Source of the DNA: Eledone cirrhosa
Lineage: Eukaryota
Assembly: GCA_964016885.1 (NCBI GenBank)
Contig: OZ024742.1
Coordinates: forward strand, 29,884,001 to 29,948,000
DNA: 64,000 nucleotides
Direction of reading: 5' to 3'
Below are positions 15,158 through 32,520 of this stretch, in pieces; positions within the stretch are counted from its first letter, which is position 1, and the number at the start of each line of letters is the position of its first letter. The notes under the pieces are model-generated. The model did no database searches. It saw only the letters and a list, made by a program, of their open reading frames with translations, and was not told where the DNA came from. The translations under genes and the position numbers were made by a program.

Positions 15158-15269
15158 TACTCTAAAACAATAGCATAAGGTCTTCGAAATGCTTTTAATT
15201 AAGCATACAGTGTATTGCAAAATACACTATATATACATTCATATATATATAGCTATTTCAGAGCACCAA

Positions 15270-15301
<32 letters not shown>

Positions 15302-15309
15302 ATACGTTC

Positions 15310-15968
15310 TTGAATTTGTTTTGCGAGATTTCGTATCTGAAAACGTGTGTTGCAACATATATTGTTATACTCTGGAAGGTTCATGTTGCCAATAAAAACA
15401 CATGGACTTGTTGGTTTTCACTTCAATTTATTATAAATTTCCGGTTGGTTGATTGGTTCGATAACCGGAAGGTTGTTTATATATTGTCAAAGCTCTTTCG
15501 TCACACATTCTGCGACCTCCTCAGTGACTAGGTTTTTATTTTATGTGTCTCTCCTTTATTCTGTCCTACACCATCTTGTTTTTGTGTGTTGTGTGCTTAG
15601 TTTGCGCACGCGTTACATCCGGGTATGTGTGTGTGTTTTTATTTATCTATTTTTTTGTTTATTTACTTGTCACTAGTTGGTTGTTTGTTCTATCTGTGTG
15701 TGTCTGATTTGTTTTGTTAGTTTGGTTTTTGTATATCTCGCTATATCTTTATCTTGTCCTTAATTACTAGTTGTGATGTGGCTATTCCACTCATGTTTTC
15801 TGTTTAATTTTGGTTAGAGTTCGTTTATGTTTATTTCCTCTGTGATTTGTCTGAGCATCGCATCTTTTCTGTGTGTGGATATAATTTTTATTTCTATGTT
15901 CTCTAATGTGCACCTATGTCCTATTTTGGCATGTTGGTGGAGTACTGATGAGTTTTACCAATCCTTGA
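15310..15968 (-). mobile_element. Second copy of the 13.7-kb Penelope-like 3' end
   Basis: Reverse complement matches about 13845-14455; hammerhead at 15486-15528 (GUCA-CUGAGGA-G-GUCGC...GUGAC-GAAA-GAGC-UU-UGAC). Confidence 0.75.
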
Positions 15969-16439
15969 GTGTATATATATATATATATATATGAAGTAAT
16001 TCCATCGGAAAAGTCCAGGAAAAAAGAGTGCTCTATGTAGGCAACAGAGCTTAATTATTATTATTATGTAATAAACAACATAAGGCAATTATTCCATTTA
16101 CCAGTGGTTTCTTAAAAGCAAAAGGTTTTGCTTTCAATCCTCAGAACGGAAAAATCCTGGTTTGTTTATTGAATTTGGATTACAAACAAAAATGCAATCT
16201 ATATGAAAGTGAGGCTGGAGAAGGGAGAAGGAAAGGAAAAATAAAATAAAATAAAACTACGCATGCAAACACACACACAAAAAAAAACCCAAAAGCATAC
16301 TTACACACACATACATATATACATATATATATATGTACGCATACATATATACATATACACATATATATAAAACGTACACTTACATACACAAACACATATA
16401 TACACACATATACACATACAAACATTAATACATATACAC

Positions 16440-16480
<41 letters not shown>

Positions 16481-16983
16481 TATCCACACACATATATATA
16501 TGTACATATATATATATATATATACATATATATACATATACACACATACACATACACACACATACACATGTGTGTGTACAAGCATACACATACACAAACA
16601 TAGCCATACACACACACATATATATACACATACATACATTCACACAAACATACAAAACGTACATACATACACATACATGAATGCACTCCTCTACATATTC
16701 ACACACGCAAATAAATATAAGAAAAAAAAATATATATATATATATTTTAAAAATTTTTGACACCGATACACGACCCAGCTAACAGGACAGACACGCGTGG
16801 TAAGTAATACACACAAAAGCACGTATACATACGTACGAAATAGTAAACACATACACACACTCTCATACATAAATATACATAAACAAATACAAAAACACAT
16901 ACATACACATACATACACAAACACGCACACGTATACATATTAAACACACACACATATGTATATATAATTATATACACACACAC

Positions 16984-17060
<77 letters not shown>

Positions 17061-17212
17061 TATATATATATATATATATACAAAAATATAAAAATATAAA
17101 CGCACACACACACACACACACGCATATACGTAAACACACATATACATACATAGCTAAACAATTATACACATGCAAATACGTATATATCAAAAACACGCAC
17201 AACCAAATACAA

Positions 17213-17246
<34 letters not shown>

Positions 17247-17301
17247 CCACACACACACATATATACATAAAAAAATAATAAATACACACACACACATATA
17301 C

Positions 17302-17366
<65 letters not shown>

Positions 17367-18488
17367 TACACACATACGTACATATACACATATGCATACA
17401 CATACACACACACATATACATGTGTGTATGTGTAAAACTCAGTATTAGAAAAGACAAATGAACCTTACATAAACGTATATATAGTAGTAAAGTAATAAAG
17501 CAACATAAGGCAATTATTCCATTCACCAGAGGTTTCTTAAAAGCAAAAAATGTTTCCTTCAGTCTTCAGAATGAAAAAAATGAAAAAAATGAAAAAAACC
17601 TGGTTTATCCACATATACATACATATACATACACAAATATACATATATATACACACATACACATACACACACATACATATATATATATACACACAAAAAT
17701 ACATACACATACGCATAGGTATGTGAAGGGCAAAACAAAAAGAATATATGGGGGGGGGGGCTAAGAGGAGGTAAAATATAAGGGGAGGTAAGGGAGAAAA
17801 AAAAATTTGTAAATATACAAGAGTACAGAAGGTAGAATCAGCAAAATAAAAACCGTAGCAGAAGTAAAGAGCAGAGAAGGAGTTCAAGGCGGTTGATTTA
17901 TCATAGGAGTGTCAATCCAGTTACAGATCAGATGCGATTTCAGATGAGGACAGCATCTGAAGATCTCAGTCTTTGAGTTAAGGCAAGCGGAAGTGGCTCT
18001 CAAGTTTAGCAAAATCCTATACTTTTCTGTGGTGCACAAAGAACAATTCTTTGTGCCCCTTTGGTATTCCCTCGAATGGTCTAATATAGACCAATCAATA
18101 GAGTACGGGATATTACTATCCTTGAGATCCCATACCTTACTATATATCCCATACCTTACTATATATATATATACACTCTTTTAATTACATATACACACAC
18201 ATATCCTCTTAGCTTCGTACGGACGTATAATAAAGCACACACATACACACACACGCGCGCATACGCACGCGCACACGTATAGCTCTATATACAAAAGAGT
18301 TTTTTCCCATTTCAGATAGACGTGCTCCATCATCCACTTTTCTAAAAGAAGTATATCATACACAAAACGCCAGCATCAAGTTTTCCAAGAGATGCCAACA
18401 TGAATGGACCTGTTATTTTACTCTAACCACTTTTTTCCGATTCCGCCCTGCCTGTCCCTTCCATCTTTCTAATTTCTCATTCTTTCTT

Positions 18489-18516
18489 CTGATGAAGGAT
18501 TGACGTCCGAAACGTT
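18489..18516 (+). ncRNA. Minimal hammerhead-like motif
   Basis: CUGAUGA-A-GGAU UGAC GUCC-GAAA-CGUU. Confidence 0.6.
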
Positions 18517-18665
18517 AAGACACTCTTTCTGCTATTTCAAGCGTTAACCTAATATATTCCTTCCATATACTGTTCTGATTGTGTTGTTATTTCTGTTTAC
18601 CTTTTAAAATGTATTGGTAACATGACCCTTCCAAAGTATAACTATATATATATATATATATATAT

Positions 18666-18937
<272 letters not shown>

Positions 18938-19322
18938 ATATATATATATATATATATATAAACACAAATGCTGACTTACAGAAATCAACAAAAATATTGA
19001 TATTGACAAATTCTCTGGTCGATACACTCGGTGGAACATTTCATCCGATATGATATTCTATACAATATAGCAAGTAATTCCTTGCAATATCAGAATAGTA
19101 ACTTGTAAGAGTTTCACATTTATTAAATACCACCTCCATATGCTCTTCACTCTATATGTATTTATATATATATGTGTGTGTGTGTGTGTTGTGTGTGTGT
19201 GTGTGTGTTATGTATATATGTGTATATGTGTGTGTATGTGTGTGTATACCACTCCATATATATGTACATGTATATGCACAACCCCTATAAATATATATAT
19301 GCGTGTGTGTGTGCATGTATGT

Positions 19323-19363
<41 letters not shown>

Positions 19364-19488
19364 GTGTGTGTGTGTGTGTCTAGTTTCTAGTTCCATAAAT
19401 CTCCGCGGGAGTCGTAGGGGCGCTACATTGAGATACGCGCTTTGTTTCTGGGCAGTTTTTAACCTAAAGGAGCCCATTTCCTCTTTAG

Positions 19489-19539
<51 letters not shown>

Positions 19540-19642
19540 GCCGAAAATCAGTATGTAAGTGTTTTAATGATAAAACAATTTAACCTAATAACAAATGTTT
19601 TGGAGATCCAAAAATTCATTTATACATGTTATAAAGATCCTT

Positions 19643-19828
<186 letters not shown>

Positions 19829-19959
19829 AGGTGCGCTTTGCAAACACTTTTTTATCATTTTCCTTCTCTAACGCGATCTATATAGAACGTTTTCTAACGA
19901 CCACACTTTTTGTTCACTATATATCTATATTTCCAATACGGCCTTCTGGGTTTTTTTCA

Positions 19960-20015
<56 letters not shown>

Positions 20016-20157
20016 TAGTAGAACACTGGAAGGTAATATCCGTAGTAGTAGAGCACTCAGTCCATGGGACGAGTTTTGGTAGAAGTAGTAACACAACAGT
20101 TAGTTCACCATACCGAGAATAAATATTTCACCTTATTCGGATCCTCATATGTATGTG

Positions 20158-20194
<37 letters not shown>

Positions 20195-20260
20195 ACATTA
20201 TATATATACATACACATACATATATTTATATATATATATATATAAATACATGTAAATATT

Positions 20261-20337
<77 letters not shown>

Positions 20338-20415
20338 ATACACCTGTGTATACACACACATGCACACATATGTATATATTATATATATATATAAATATGT
20401 AATTATGTGTGTGTG

Positions 20416-20453
<38 letters not shown>

Positions 20454-20649
20454 CAGTTCACGAAAAGATCTTTAATCCCTTAAAAGTAGATACATGGTTT
20501 TCTTCCGACAATTGCCCCTGGGATCTCCGTTCTGTCCCCTGGGATCTCCGTTCTGTCCCCTGGGACCACAAGCCGGACTAAACCTTAAACAGAGAGATAT
20601 TACCAACCTTATTTCGTTCAGTATTATTATTCTTAACAATAATACTGAA

Positions 20650-20840
20650 CGATGGATTGGCATGATCATTAGAGGGTCAGACGCCATGCTTTGCAGCACA
20701 GAGTTACGGGCCTTTACGATCTGAGTTCAAATCCTGCCGAGGTTAGCTTTGCCTTTCATCCTTTCGGGGTCGATAAAATAAAGTACCAGTAATACACTGG
20801 GATAATTTCTGGCCTTGTGCCAAAAGTAGAAACAATTATT
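20650..20840 (+). mobile_element. tRNA-derived SINE (Meta-domain-like core)
   Basis: B-box-like GAGTTCAAATCC, then GCCGAGGTTAGCTTTGCCTTTCATCCTTTCGGGGTCGATAAAATAAAGTACCAG; same family recurs throughout the window. Confidence 0.75.
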
Positions 20841-20954
20841 ATTCTTGATTATCTCATTTCTCCTGCCAACTTCTCCAGCCCATGCTGTATATTTTCATTT
20901 TGTTTGTATCGTGTTATAGTTTCTATGTTTGGTTGAATATTGGTTTATGATTTA

Positions 20955-21155
20955 GGCACAAGGCCAACAATTTGGGGGAGGGAATGTCGATTAAATTGAC
21001 CCCAGTGTATTATTGGTACTTTATTTTATCGACCCCGTAAGGATGAAAGGCAAAGCTAACCTCGGTGGCTTTTGAACTCAGAGTGTAAAGGGGTGTAACT
21101 CTATGCCATAAAGCATGTTGTCCGACGCTCTACTGATGCTGCCAATGCACCGCCT
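20955..21155 (-). mobile_element. tRNA-derived SINE, same family
   Basis: Reverse complement of the same core. Confidence 0.7.
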
Positions 21156-21469
21156 TTGTTTGGTTGACTATTGAGTTTTATCCTGTATGTAGTAGCATGA
21201 CCGAATGGTTAAGAGATACACTTCTCTATCATTGGGTTCCACGTTCGAGCCTCCAGTGTGGTGTCTTGGGCATGTGTTATTTACTATGTATGGATCAGTA
21301 ACTCTGGAGGGAGTCGTAGGTGTACTGCTTTGACATATGCTGTTTTTTTTTCTAAACCTGGTGGAGCCCATCTCCTCACCAGGTCTAAATACAGCAGATT
21401 TCTTCCAGAGGATAGAGAGTGAGAGAATGGAAATGAGAAAGAGATATAGAGAAAGAGTTGACTCCAGTA

Positions 21470-21612
21470 CTAGACTGGTACGTTTTTATCCGCCTTGAAT
21501 GGATGAAAGGCAAAGCTAGCCTCGGTGGGATTTAAACTCAAAGCACAGAGTGGAAACAAATGCCACAAAGCATTCCAGCCGACATCCCAACGACTCTGCC
21601 AATGCACCGCCT
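21470..21612 (-). mobile_element. tRNA-derived SINE, diverged
   Basis: GGATGAAAGGCAAAGCTAGCCTCGG...TTTAAACTCA core. Confidence 0.6.
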
Positions 21613-21812
21613 GTTATTTACTGTAGCCTAGAGTAAAGTCACACCTTTTCAGTGAAATTAGGTAGAGAGAATCTATTTGTCAGCTCATTAAAGACACGGC
21701 ATTATGAAAGAATGTCTCACGCTAAATCTATCGGAGAATTACGATAGATATACACATGCCTGTATAAGGCTCAGCCACTGGCTTACAATACAAGATGGAT
21801 AGTATTGCACTG

Positions 21813-22155
21813 TCTTCTTCTTATTTTTTTTTTTTTCTTCTTCTTCTTCTTCTTCTTCTTCTTCTTCTTCTTCTTCTTCTTCTTCTTCTTCTTCTTTTTC
21901 TTCCTCTTTTTCTTCTTCTTTTTCTTCTTTTTCGTCTTCTTCTTTTTCTTTTTCTTCTTCGCCCACTTATTCCTGAAATAGACATGGGGGTGGGGTGGGG
22001 GTAAGAGTCCTCAAACTTCCAGTGGGTCCTGTCAGAAGCAACTGTCTCCAACTGACCCGGCTGGATCCCCAAACAAGACCAGTCAAGCTCATGGATGTTA
22101 TCCAACCATCTTGCTCAGGGTCTACCTCTGGCTTTCCTACCGGTTAGTTTTGCTG
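21813..22155 (-). mobile_element. RTE-type LINE 3' end with (GAA)n tail
   Basis: RGRP*ARWLDNIHEL...LG...ASDRTHW resembles the RTE ORF C-terminus; followed by a (GAA)n tract. Confidence 0.65.
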
Positions 22156-22781
22156 TCGGGTCTCGAATAATCATCCCCTCCCCAACTTATTAATTTTTCA
22201 GATTCCCCAAACCGCTTATTCCAAACACCTCCCTCCTATTACTTGAGACCCGAGAGTATTATTCAAAAAGGGAGCAGCCTTGTCACACAACATCACGGTG
22301 AATCACCCGGAGAATTATATTAAAAGTGCACGTGTGTGTATGTGTGTATGGAATGCTTAGGCACTTACGCATTAATTTCAGGGGCTGGCTGATTCGTTAT
22401 ACAAACAAGTGAGACACCACTCCTCGTCAACTCCGACGAATGTCCATTACATTTAACAATACCGCTTTATTTTACTCTAACCTCACACTATATTATATTT
22501 GGGGCTTGCAATAAAAACGAAAACGAAAACTGAAAACTAAATTCCTATGTTCCACACTGGAAGAGAATGTTTCATTCTAATTGCTTCTATCCTACATTTT
22601 ATTCTCTCATCTACCAATGTCCGTCATAAAATAAAATCATGGCGGCGTTACATATCTCATTTCCTTTGCTGCTTTCTTGCACGAGTCAGAAGCTCTTTAT
22701 ATATATATGTGTGCGTATATATATATGTATGTATATATATACGATATATATATATTGGGGGGGGGGGGGTACATATGTATG

Positions 22782-22833
<52 letters not shown>

Positions 22834-22931
22834 TGTGTGTGTGTATATATATATGTAAATATATATATATATATATACACACATATATATATACGTATAT
22901 ATATATACATATATATATACGTAAATATATG

Positions 22932-22968
<37 letters not shown>

Positions 22969-23031
22969 GTAAATGTATATATATATATGTATATATATAT
23001 ATATGTATATATATATGTATATATATGTATG

Positions 23032-23199
<168 letters not shown>

Positions 23200-23216
23200 C
23201 ACATATACACATATAC

Positions 23217-23282
<66 letters not shown>

Positions 23283-23287
23283 ATATG

Positions 23288-23549
<262 letters not shown>

Positions 23550-23851
23550 ATAGACCAATAATAAAATTAGTAAACCCACTATCCGGGAGCTTCCAACCGA
23601 CATGGTCGCATTCTTTAAGGGTATGTCAATACTTGTTTATAAAACTGATCTATATTATATTTTATGTGATGAAAGAGCACCATGATTTGCTTTGGTGTCC
23701 TTGAAATATGTATAATGAAATAAATATGGTTATATAAATATAGTTTCCATTTGTTAATATATTGTATTTTTACTCCAAAAATTTGTTGAGTGCTTTATAT
23801 CAGTTATAAAAATATTTGCTTGTTGTATCCCAACAAATTAAATATAACTTC

Positions 23852-23926
<75 letters not shown>

Positions 23927-24150
23927 TTCGTTTCTGAATTTGTTTAGCAAGATTCTTTATCTGAAATCGTGTGTTGAAACCGATATTGTTATACTTTGGG
24001 AGGGTCATGTTGCCAATAAGAAACACACGCACCAGTTGCTTTCACTTCAATTTATTATATATTTATAAATTTATAAATTTACAAATCTACAAACCTATAA
24101 ATTTCTGGTTGGCTGGTTGGTTCCACAACCAGATAGTTGTTTATATATAT

Positions 24151-24195
24151 AGTCATAGTCCTTTCGTCACACACTCTGTGACCTCTTCAGTGACT
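24151..24195 (-). ncRNA. Type I hammerhead in a PLE 3' fragment
   Basis: AGUCA-CUGAAGA-G-GUCAC...GUGAC-GAAA-GGAC-UA-UGACU. Confidence 0.7.
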
Positions 24196-24288
24196 GGGGA
24201 TTCCTTTCTTCGTTTCTGTGCCTTTCCTTTCTTCCATCCTACGCCATTTTGTTTCTGTGTGAAACAAAATGGCGTAGGATAGAAGTAT

Positions 24289-24337
<49 letters not shown>

Positions 24338-24434
24338 AAGAGTAATAGATTATAATCAGAAAGAAGAGGAGTCTCAAAAAGAACAAATAATTACTGAGGT
24401 CGCAGAATGTGACTATATATATATATATATATAT

Positions 24435-26238
<1,804 letters not shown>

Positions 26239-26584
26239 AGTGTGTTGGTTATCGTGTTGAGCTCTACTGATGAACGGTTCCAACCATGACTAACTTCACT
26301 GAAAAGTTTCGTGAAATAGTCTTTTTAAGACTATATAGAGCATTTGTAGTTTTTCCAAATTGAAGGATGAGTATTTAACCTTAATTCTATTCTGAGTTAA
26401 GACTCTATTGGTTTTTTTCCCTGGATTTCACAAAATCTGTGGATAAAATTTCTGTCTTAATTTTTTTTTTATTGAGTTTTAATTATTTTCCCATATCTTA
26501 CGTTAATTATTTTCCATCTTGACGTTATAGTCACTTATATTTTATGAAATACTGTTGGCTTCTTGCTCACGTTTCTCTATTTTC

Positions 26585-26648
<64 letters not shown>

Positions 26649-26723
26649 ATAATAATAAAATTGATATATAGTAATAATAGTAATAATAGTAAATATAGTA
26701 ATAATTGATATATAGTAATAATA

Positions 26724-26772
<49 letters not shown>

Positions 26773-27102
26773 TGGATGTATATATAATGTATTTTGCAAT
26801 ACACTTTATGCTTAATTAAAAGCATTTTGAAGACCGTAAGCTATTGTTTTTTAGAGTAGTGACAAATTCACTTACTTTGATCTCAGCAAACAGGGGAGAT
26901 AAGCCTTGTTTCGCTTTTGTTGAAGCTTATCAAGGCTAACTACTATATATATATATTATATATGTGTGATACAGTTCGTTCACCATACCGAGAACATACT
27001 GAGTGCTCTACTACTACGGATATAACTCAACAGAGTTCTACTATTATATATATGTATATATATACATATATATACATATATATATATATACATATATATA
27101 TA

Positions 27103-27199
<97 letters not shown>

Positions 27200-27919
27200 T
27201 GTGTGTGTGTGTATGCATGTATTTTTGGGGGTGGGGTGTCTCCTAATCCCTAGGAGATCACACTGATAATAAACCTGTGACTTCGTTTGCTTCCAATGAT
27301 GTAGACCAGTTCTTCTTTTTAGGTAAATGTGTTTGATGTTCAGAGAGTGTGGCTGACTCCGGGCAAAGCCTTTCCTCACTTTAAAAAGTTTCAAGCACAG
27401 GCATTGCTTGATATGTAACATGTTTTTGCGATGCATGGCATTGCTGGCCATAGGCAAGTCCCTGGCAGGACTAAAAGGCCACGTCTGTGATGCTCATGCT
27501 TAAGTATCAAATGATGGCATTACTCGAAATTGAGTTGCAGCCATCATGTATGTATGTATGTATGTATGTATGTATGTATGTATGTATGTATGTATGTATG
27601 TATGTATGTATGGTTATGTATGTATGTTGTCAGGTCACCAGTTGGTGCTACTGGTAACATGTATACCAGTACAACCTGTCTCATGGTCGGGTCGTTGGCG
27701 ACTAAACTGGCAACCCCACCAAGGTTTCTTGGTGAGGAGGGTGACTTTGGACATCCTGCAGGACTAAAAACAAAACCTGTCAAAGGGCAAAGGAGCTCTT
27801 AAGAGTCAATGGCCATCCAAAATCACCGGGAGAGATGACCCCTTAGCCTTTGTCAAGGCAGAATTCTAGGAGAAGGAAAACTCTGATATAACACCTGCAA
27901 CCCTGATGGTATCCAATGA

Positions 27920-28238
27920 TGTTGACTTGTTCTTCTTTTTGGTAAATATCATCTTGGTTAAGAGAGTGGGACTGGTTTTGTGCAGTGCCTTTGCTCACTA
28001 TAAAAGCTTCAGGGCACAGGCATTGCTTTATATCTGGAGATCTCTCTGCACTTGTCGTCACATGGTACCATGGGCCCAGCACTATGTGTCAATAAATGTC
28101 ACAAGTGTAGTGTTTGTACCAGAGTTTTCAAGTCGCTGGCTGGACTAAAAAGTCACACTCGTTCAGCGCATCGGTAGGGGTTCTCCTACATGGATATAAA
28201 GTAGTGGCCGTACTCGAAAACGAGTTGGCAGCCACCAT
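27920..28238. repeat. Interspersed repeat; inverted near-identical copy at 46-280 and a diverged relative at about 27260-27545
   Basis: ...CGAAAACGAGTTGGCAGCCACCAT followed by (GTAT)n; reverse complement at the window start. Confidence 0.75.
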
Positions 28239-28610
28239 GTATGTATGTATGTATGTATGTATGTATGTTCTTCTGGTTTTATAATTTCACAAAGTTTTAC
28301 CAATAGAGAGAGAGTCGGTTTCTAACATAGACACAAGACTCTCTCATTGGAATTTACACATCAACTAGGTAGATATGTATGTATGCATGTGAAGATATGG
28401 ATGTTATTGTATGTGTGGATGTGGATGTTTTGAGTTGTATGTGTGCATGTGTATATGCTTTGCATCTGTATATGTGTATATGTATGTATATATGTATGTA
28501 TGTATGTACGGATGTATATGGCGATTTTCAATATGTATCTATATGTAAGCGAAATTTGCCTGTAGGTCTGAGGTGTCAAAGCTTTATCTATATAAACACA
28601 CACACACACA

Positions 28611-28665
<55 letters not shown>

Positions 28666-29599
28666 TATAACCGGTACCTTGTGTATTGTCCCCCTTCGGT
28701 ATCTATACACAAGGTGTCAGTTAGATAGGTCTTTGTCTACAAATGCTTTTATTTGCAGCGATGTTACGATGTTAAAAATCATTTAATTTATGCTGGTCAA
28801 TGCTCGTTTTATGGCAGATATAGACATATGTGTGTGTGTACATGCTATATATATATATATATATGAGTGAGTGTGAGTGTATGTATACATATATGTATCT
28901 AAGTATATGAGGGTTGCGTGATTAAAGTGTCTGTCTGTGTGCGTTTCGATAAACCACATTCTCCATAGTCGGTTTTACACAATTAACTGCCTTCAACGAC
29001 CTCTCCAGGACAAGCTATATACTTAACTAAATCGGCTTTTAACAGATTAGACTCCTTCTTGGGACCCAAAAGCAATTTTAACCTTTCCTTTTACCTTTGA
29101 CCTTCATATAAAGCTTAAAATTCTGTCACGTAATGAATATTACAGACAGATATGAACATTCTCCATACATACATCGCTTTCGGCCAATAACAATTTAGTT
29201 TCTACCGCATCGAGTATCCCTGACGTAAAGCTAACTTCTCGTCCAACCAATCAAACTTCTGATCCCCCGGTCTCAATTCCCACTTGGAATCGCTTTCACT
29301 AAGTTCGCGTTAATCAAACTCCTTAGGGGGGAAGAAGAAAGAGTTGAAACTCCTCAACATGCTTCAGTCCACCTACTTCCTTTCTATCTATGAATCTCCA
29401 TGTCTGTGTTTAGAAATCGATAATTTGGCTTCAGTCCAAAATAAAATTTTACGAAACAATAGCAACGTAGTCTTTGTGTTTACTTATAGATTGTCGGGCA
29501 GGCGAGAGCTGCAGAGCTAGAGGCGAGCAACTAGAAAATGTCAGGGAAAAGAATGTGGTTTCAATCCTTCATTGAAGCCACTTCATAATTATTTCTGAT

Positions 29600-29810
29600 T
29601 TAGACACAAGACCAACATTTTTTTAGGGCGGTGGGAGTCGATTAAATCTACCCCAATGCGTTACTGTTACTTTATTTTATCGACCCCGTAAGGATCAAAG
29701 GTACTTTATTTTATCGACTCCGTAAGGATGATAGGTACTTTATTTTATCGACCCCGTAAGGATGAAAGGCAAATCTTACCTCGGCGAGATATGAACTCAG
29801 AACGTAAAGC
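29600..29810 (-). mobile_element. tRNA-derived SINE with internal triplication
   Basis: TACTTTATTTTATCGACCCCGTAAGGAT repeated three times. Confidence 0.7.
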
Positions 29811-30259
29811 CCCTTCAAAATATATATTATTCACAATGAGATATCCCACAAATATTTTATCTTAGCAAAAGCATAACCGCCCCAATATCACATTTCTTCA
29901 ACTTTTCTGTTGTTTAAAGAATATCTGCACCTTAGTGCCTCTCAAATCTAAAACTTGTTAAATACTTTGAACTTGTATGTATATGTGTGCGTCTCAATGT
30001 ACCTCCATCTGTCAATCAACGTATAGCTCCGCCCCCTAAGAGATAGACAGTAAGGAAGAGTGGTTGATGCAGCGGATATCGCTGGCTATTCTCCGTCGCA
30101 ATGCTATCCTTACCTTATCCGTGGGGCACAGATGGAATATACTATCCAGTCAAGGGTACAGACTTTACCTATAACAAACACTTCCCTTTTTTTCTCTTGC
30201 TGGTTATTATTTTAATTCTTTCTTTTTTTTAAATACTTTCATTATTGTATACTTGTGTT

Positions 30260-30460
30260 AGGGCGGTGGATTAACAGTATCGGTAGAACATCAGTCAACA
30301 TGCTTTGCGGCATAGAGTTACGGTCCTTTACGTTCTGAGTTCAAATCCAGCCGAAGTTAGCTTTTTTTGCCTTTCATCATTTCAGAGTCGATAAAACAAA
30401 GTACAAGTAATGCCCTGGGGTCGATTTAATCGACTTTCCCCTCCCCCAAAATTGTTAGCA
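30260..30460 (+). mobile_element. tRNA-derived SINE
   Basis: Same core (GTTCTGAGTTCAAATCC...GTCGATAAAAC). Confidence 0.7.
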
Positions 30461-30804
30461 GTGTGCAGAAACCATTTACTTTTGGTCAACAATAAAGGTT
30501 TTATATTTCTAAGAAAGGGTTATTGTTGCTATTTCTTCCCATACCATCCTCTCAAACATGCACCATCTTTTATCATCTCAACTAGTTCTACGTATGTTGC
30601 TATCGACTTTACATTCCAAACAACTTCTATAGAACTTCGACCGTTAGAATTGCTTACATCAGGATTTCTTAGCATTAAAATTAGTGGCGTGATGTAGGGA
30701 GGTTTAGCCAACCTTTGTATATACCTGAAATTATTGACACCCTGCTAGTAATATAGTTGTGGTGAAGGAGTGTCAAGCTTTGTATATTGTATATACCTTC
30801 TCTA

Positions 30805-32295
30805 CTTCTTCTTCTTCACCGACTTATTCCTGAGAGGGTCGTGGAAGTAAAGTCCTCAAACACTCCTTTCAGCGGGGCCTGTCAAACACTCCTTTCAGCG
30901 GCGGAGCCTGTCAAATACTCCTTTCAGCGGGGCCTGTCAAACACTCCTTTCAGCGGGGCCTGTCAAACGCTCCTTTCAGCGGCGGAGCCTGTCAAACACC
31001 CCTTTCAGCAGGGCCTGTCAAACACTCCTTTCAGCGGCGGAGCCTGTCAAACACTCCTTTCAGCAGGGCCTGTCAAACACTCCTTTCAGCAAAGCCTGTC
31101 AAACACTTCTTTCAGCGGCGGAGCCTGTCAAATACTCCTTTCAGCGGCGGAGCCTGTCAAATACTCCTTTCAGCAGTGCCTGTAAAACACTCCTTTCAGC
31201 AGAGCCTGTCAAACACTTCTTTCAGCGGCGGAGCCTGTCAAATACTCCTTTCAGCGGCGGAGCCTGTCAACTACTCCTTTCAGCAGTGCCTGTAAAACAC
31301 TCCTTTCAGCAGAGCCTGTCAAACACTCCTTTCAGCAAGGCCTGTCAAACAATCCTTTCAACGGGGCCTGTCAATCACTCCTTTCAGCGGGGCCTGTCAA
31401 ACTCTCCTTTCAGCAGGGCCTGTCAAACTCTCCTTTCAGCGGGGCCTATCAAACACTCCTTTCAGCAGAGCCTGTCAAACACTCCTTTCAGCAGAGCCTG
31501 TCAAACACTCCTTTCAGCAAGGCCTGTCAAACAATCCTTTCAACGGGGCCTGTCAATCACTCCTTTCAGCGGGGCCTGTAAAACTCTCCTTTCAACGGGA
31601 CCTGTCAAACACTCCTTTCAGCGCCGGAGCCTGTCAAATACTCCTTTTTCAGCAGGGCCTGTCAAACTCGGTTTCAGCAGGGGCAGTCAAACACTTCTTT
31701 CAGCAGGGTCTGTCAAACACTCCTTTCAGAAAGGCATGTCAAACAATCCTTTCAACGGGGCCTGTCAATCACTCCTTTCAGCGGCGGAGCCTGCCAAACA
31801 CTCCTTTCAGCGGATCCTGTCAAACACTCCTTTCAGCAGATCCTGTCAAACACTTCTTTCAGCAGGGCCTGTCAAACACTCCTTTCAGCAAGGCCTGTCA
31901 AACAATCCTTTCAACGGGGCCTGTCAAACTCTCCTTTCAGCAGGGCCTGTCAAACTCTCCTTTCAGCGGGGCCTGTCAAACACTCCTTTCAGCAGGGCCT
32001 GTCAAACACTCCTTTCAGCGAGGCCTGTCAAACACTCCTTTCAGCGGCAGAGCCTGTCAAACACTCCTTTCAGTGGGGCCTGTCAAACATTCCTTTCAGC
32101 GGGGCCTGTCAAAGACAGCCGTCTCCAACTGGTCCAGCTTGATCCCCAAGCAAGACCAGCCAAGCTGATAGATATTATCCAACCATCTTCCTCGGGGTCC
32201 ACCCCTGGCTCTCATGCCGGTTGGTTTTGTCCATAAATTCTGTCCAGGGATTCTTTTCTCAGACATTCTAACCACATGTCCATAGTATCGGAGCT
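30805..32295 (-). mobile_element. RTE-type LINE 3' end interrupted by an internal minisatellite
   Basis: Flanks align to 21955-22155 on both sides of the array. Confidence 0.65.
30855..32112. repeat. 23/25-bp GC-rich minisatellite (about 50 units)
   Basis: CCTGTCAAACACTCCTTTCAGC(A/G)GGG-type units, with a GGCGGAG variant. Confidence 0.95.
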
Positions 32296-32324
32296 GTACC
32301 TGAAATTATTAATACCCAGGTAGA

Positions 32325-32520
32325 GGGAGGTGGATTGGCAGTATCGGTAGAGGGTCGGACGCCATGCCTTGCAGCATAGAGTTACGGCCCTTTATGATCT
32401 GAATTCAAATCCCGCCGAGGTTAACTTTGTCATTCATCTTTACGGGATCGATAAAATAAAGTACCAGTCACGATTTATTCGATTTTCCCCTCCCTCAAAA
32501 TTGCTAGCCTTGTGCCTATA
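32325..32520 (+). mobile_element. tRNA-derived SINE
   Basis: A-box-like TGGCAGTATCGG, B-box-like GAATTCAAATCC, and the family core. Confidence 0.7.

Noticed and set aside
26262-26300. CTGATGA hammerhead-like start
   Set aside because: No properly placed GAAA or closing stems.
30787-32236. 132-aa and 316-aa repetitive ORFs
   Set aside because: Produced by the 23/25-bp minisatellite within an RTE remnant.
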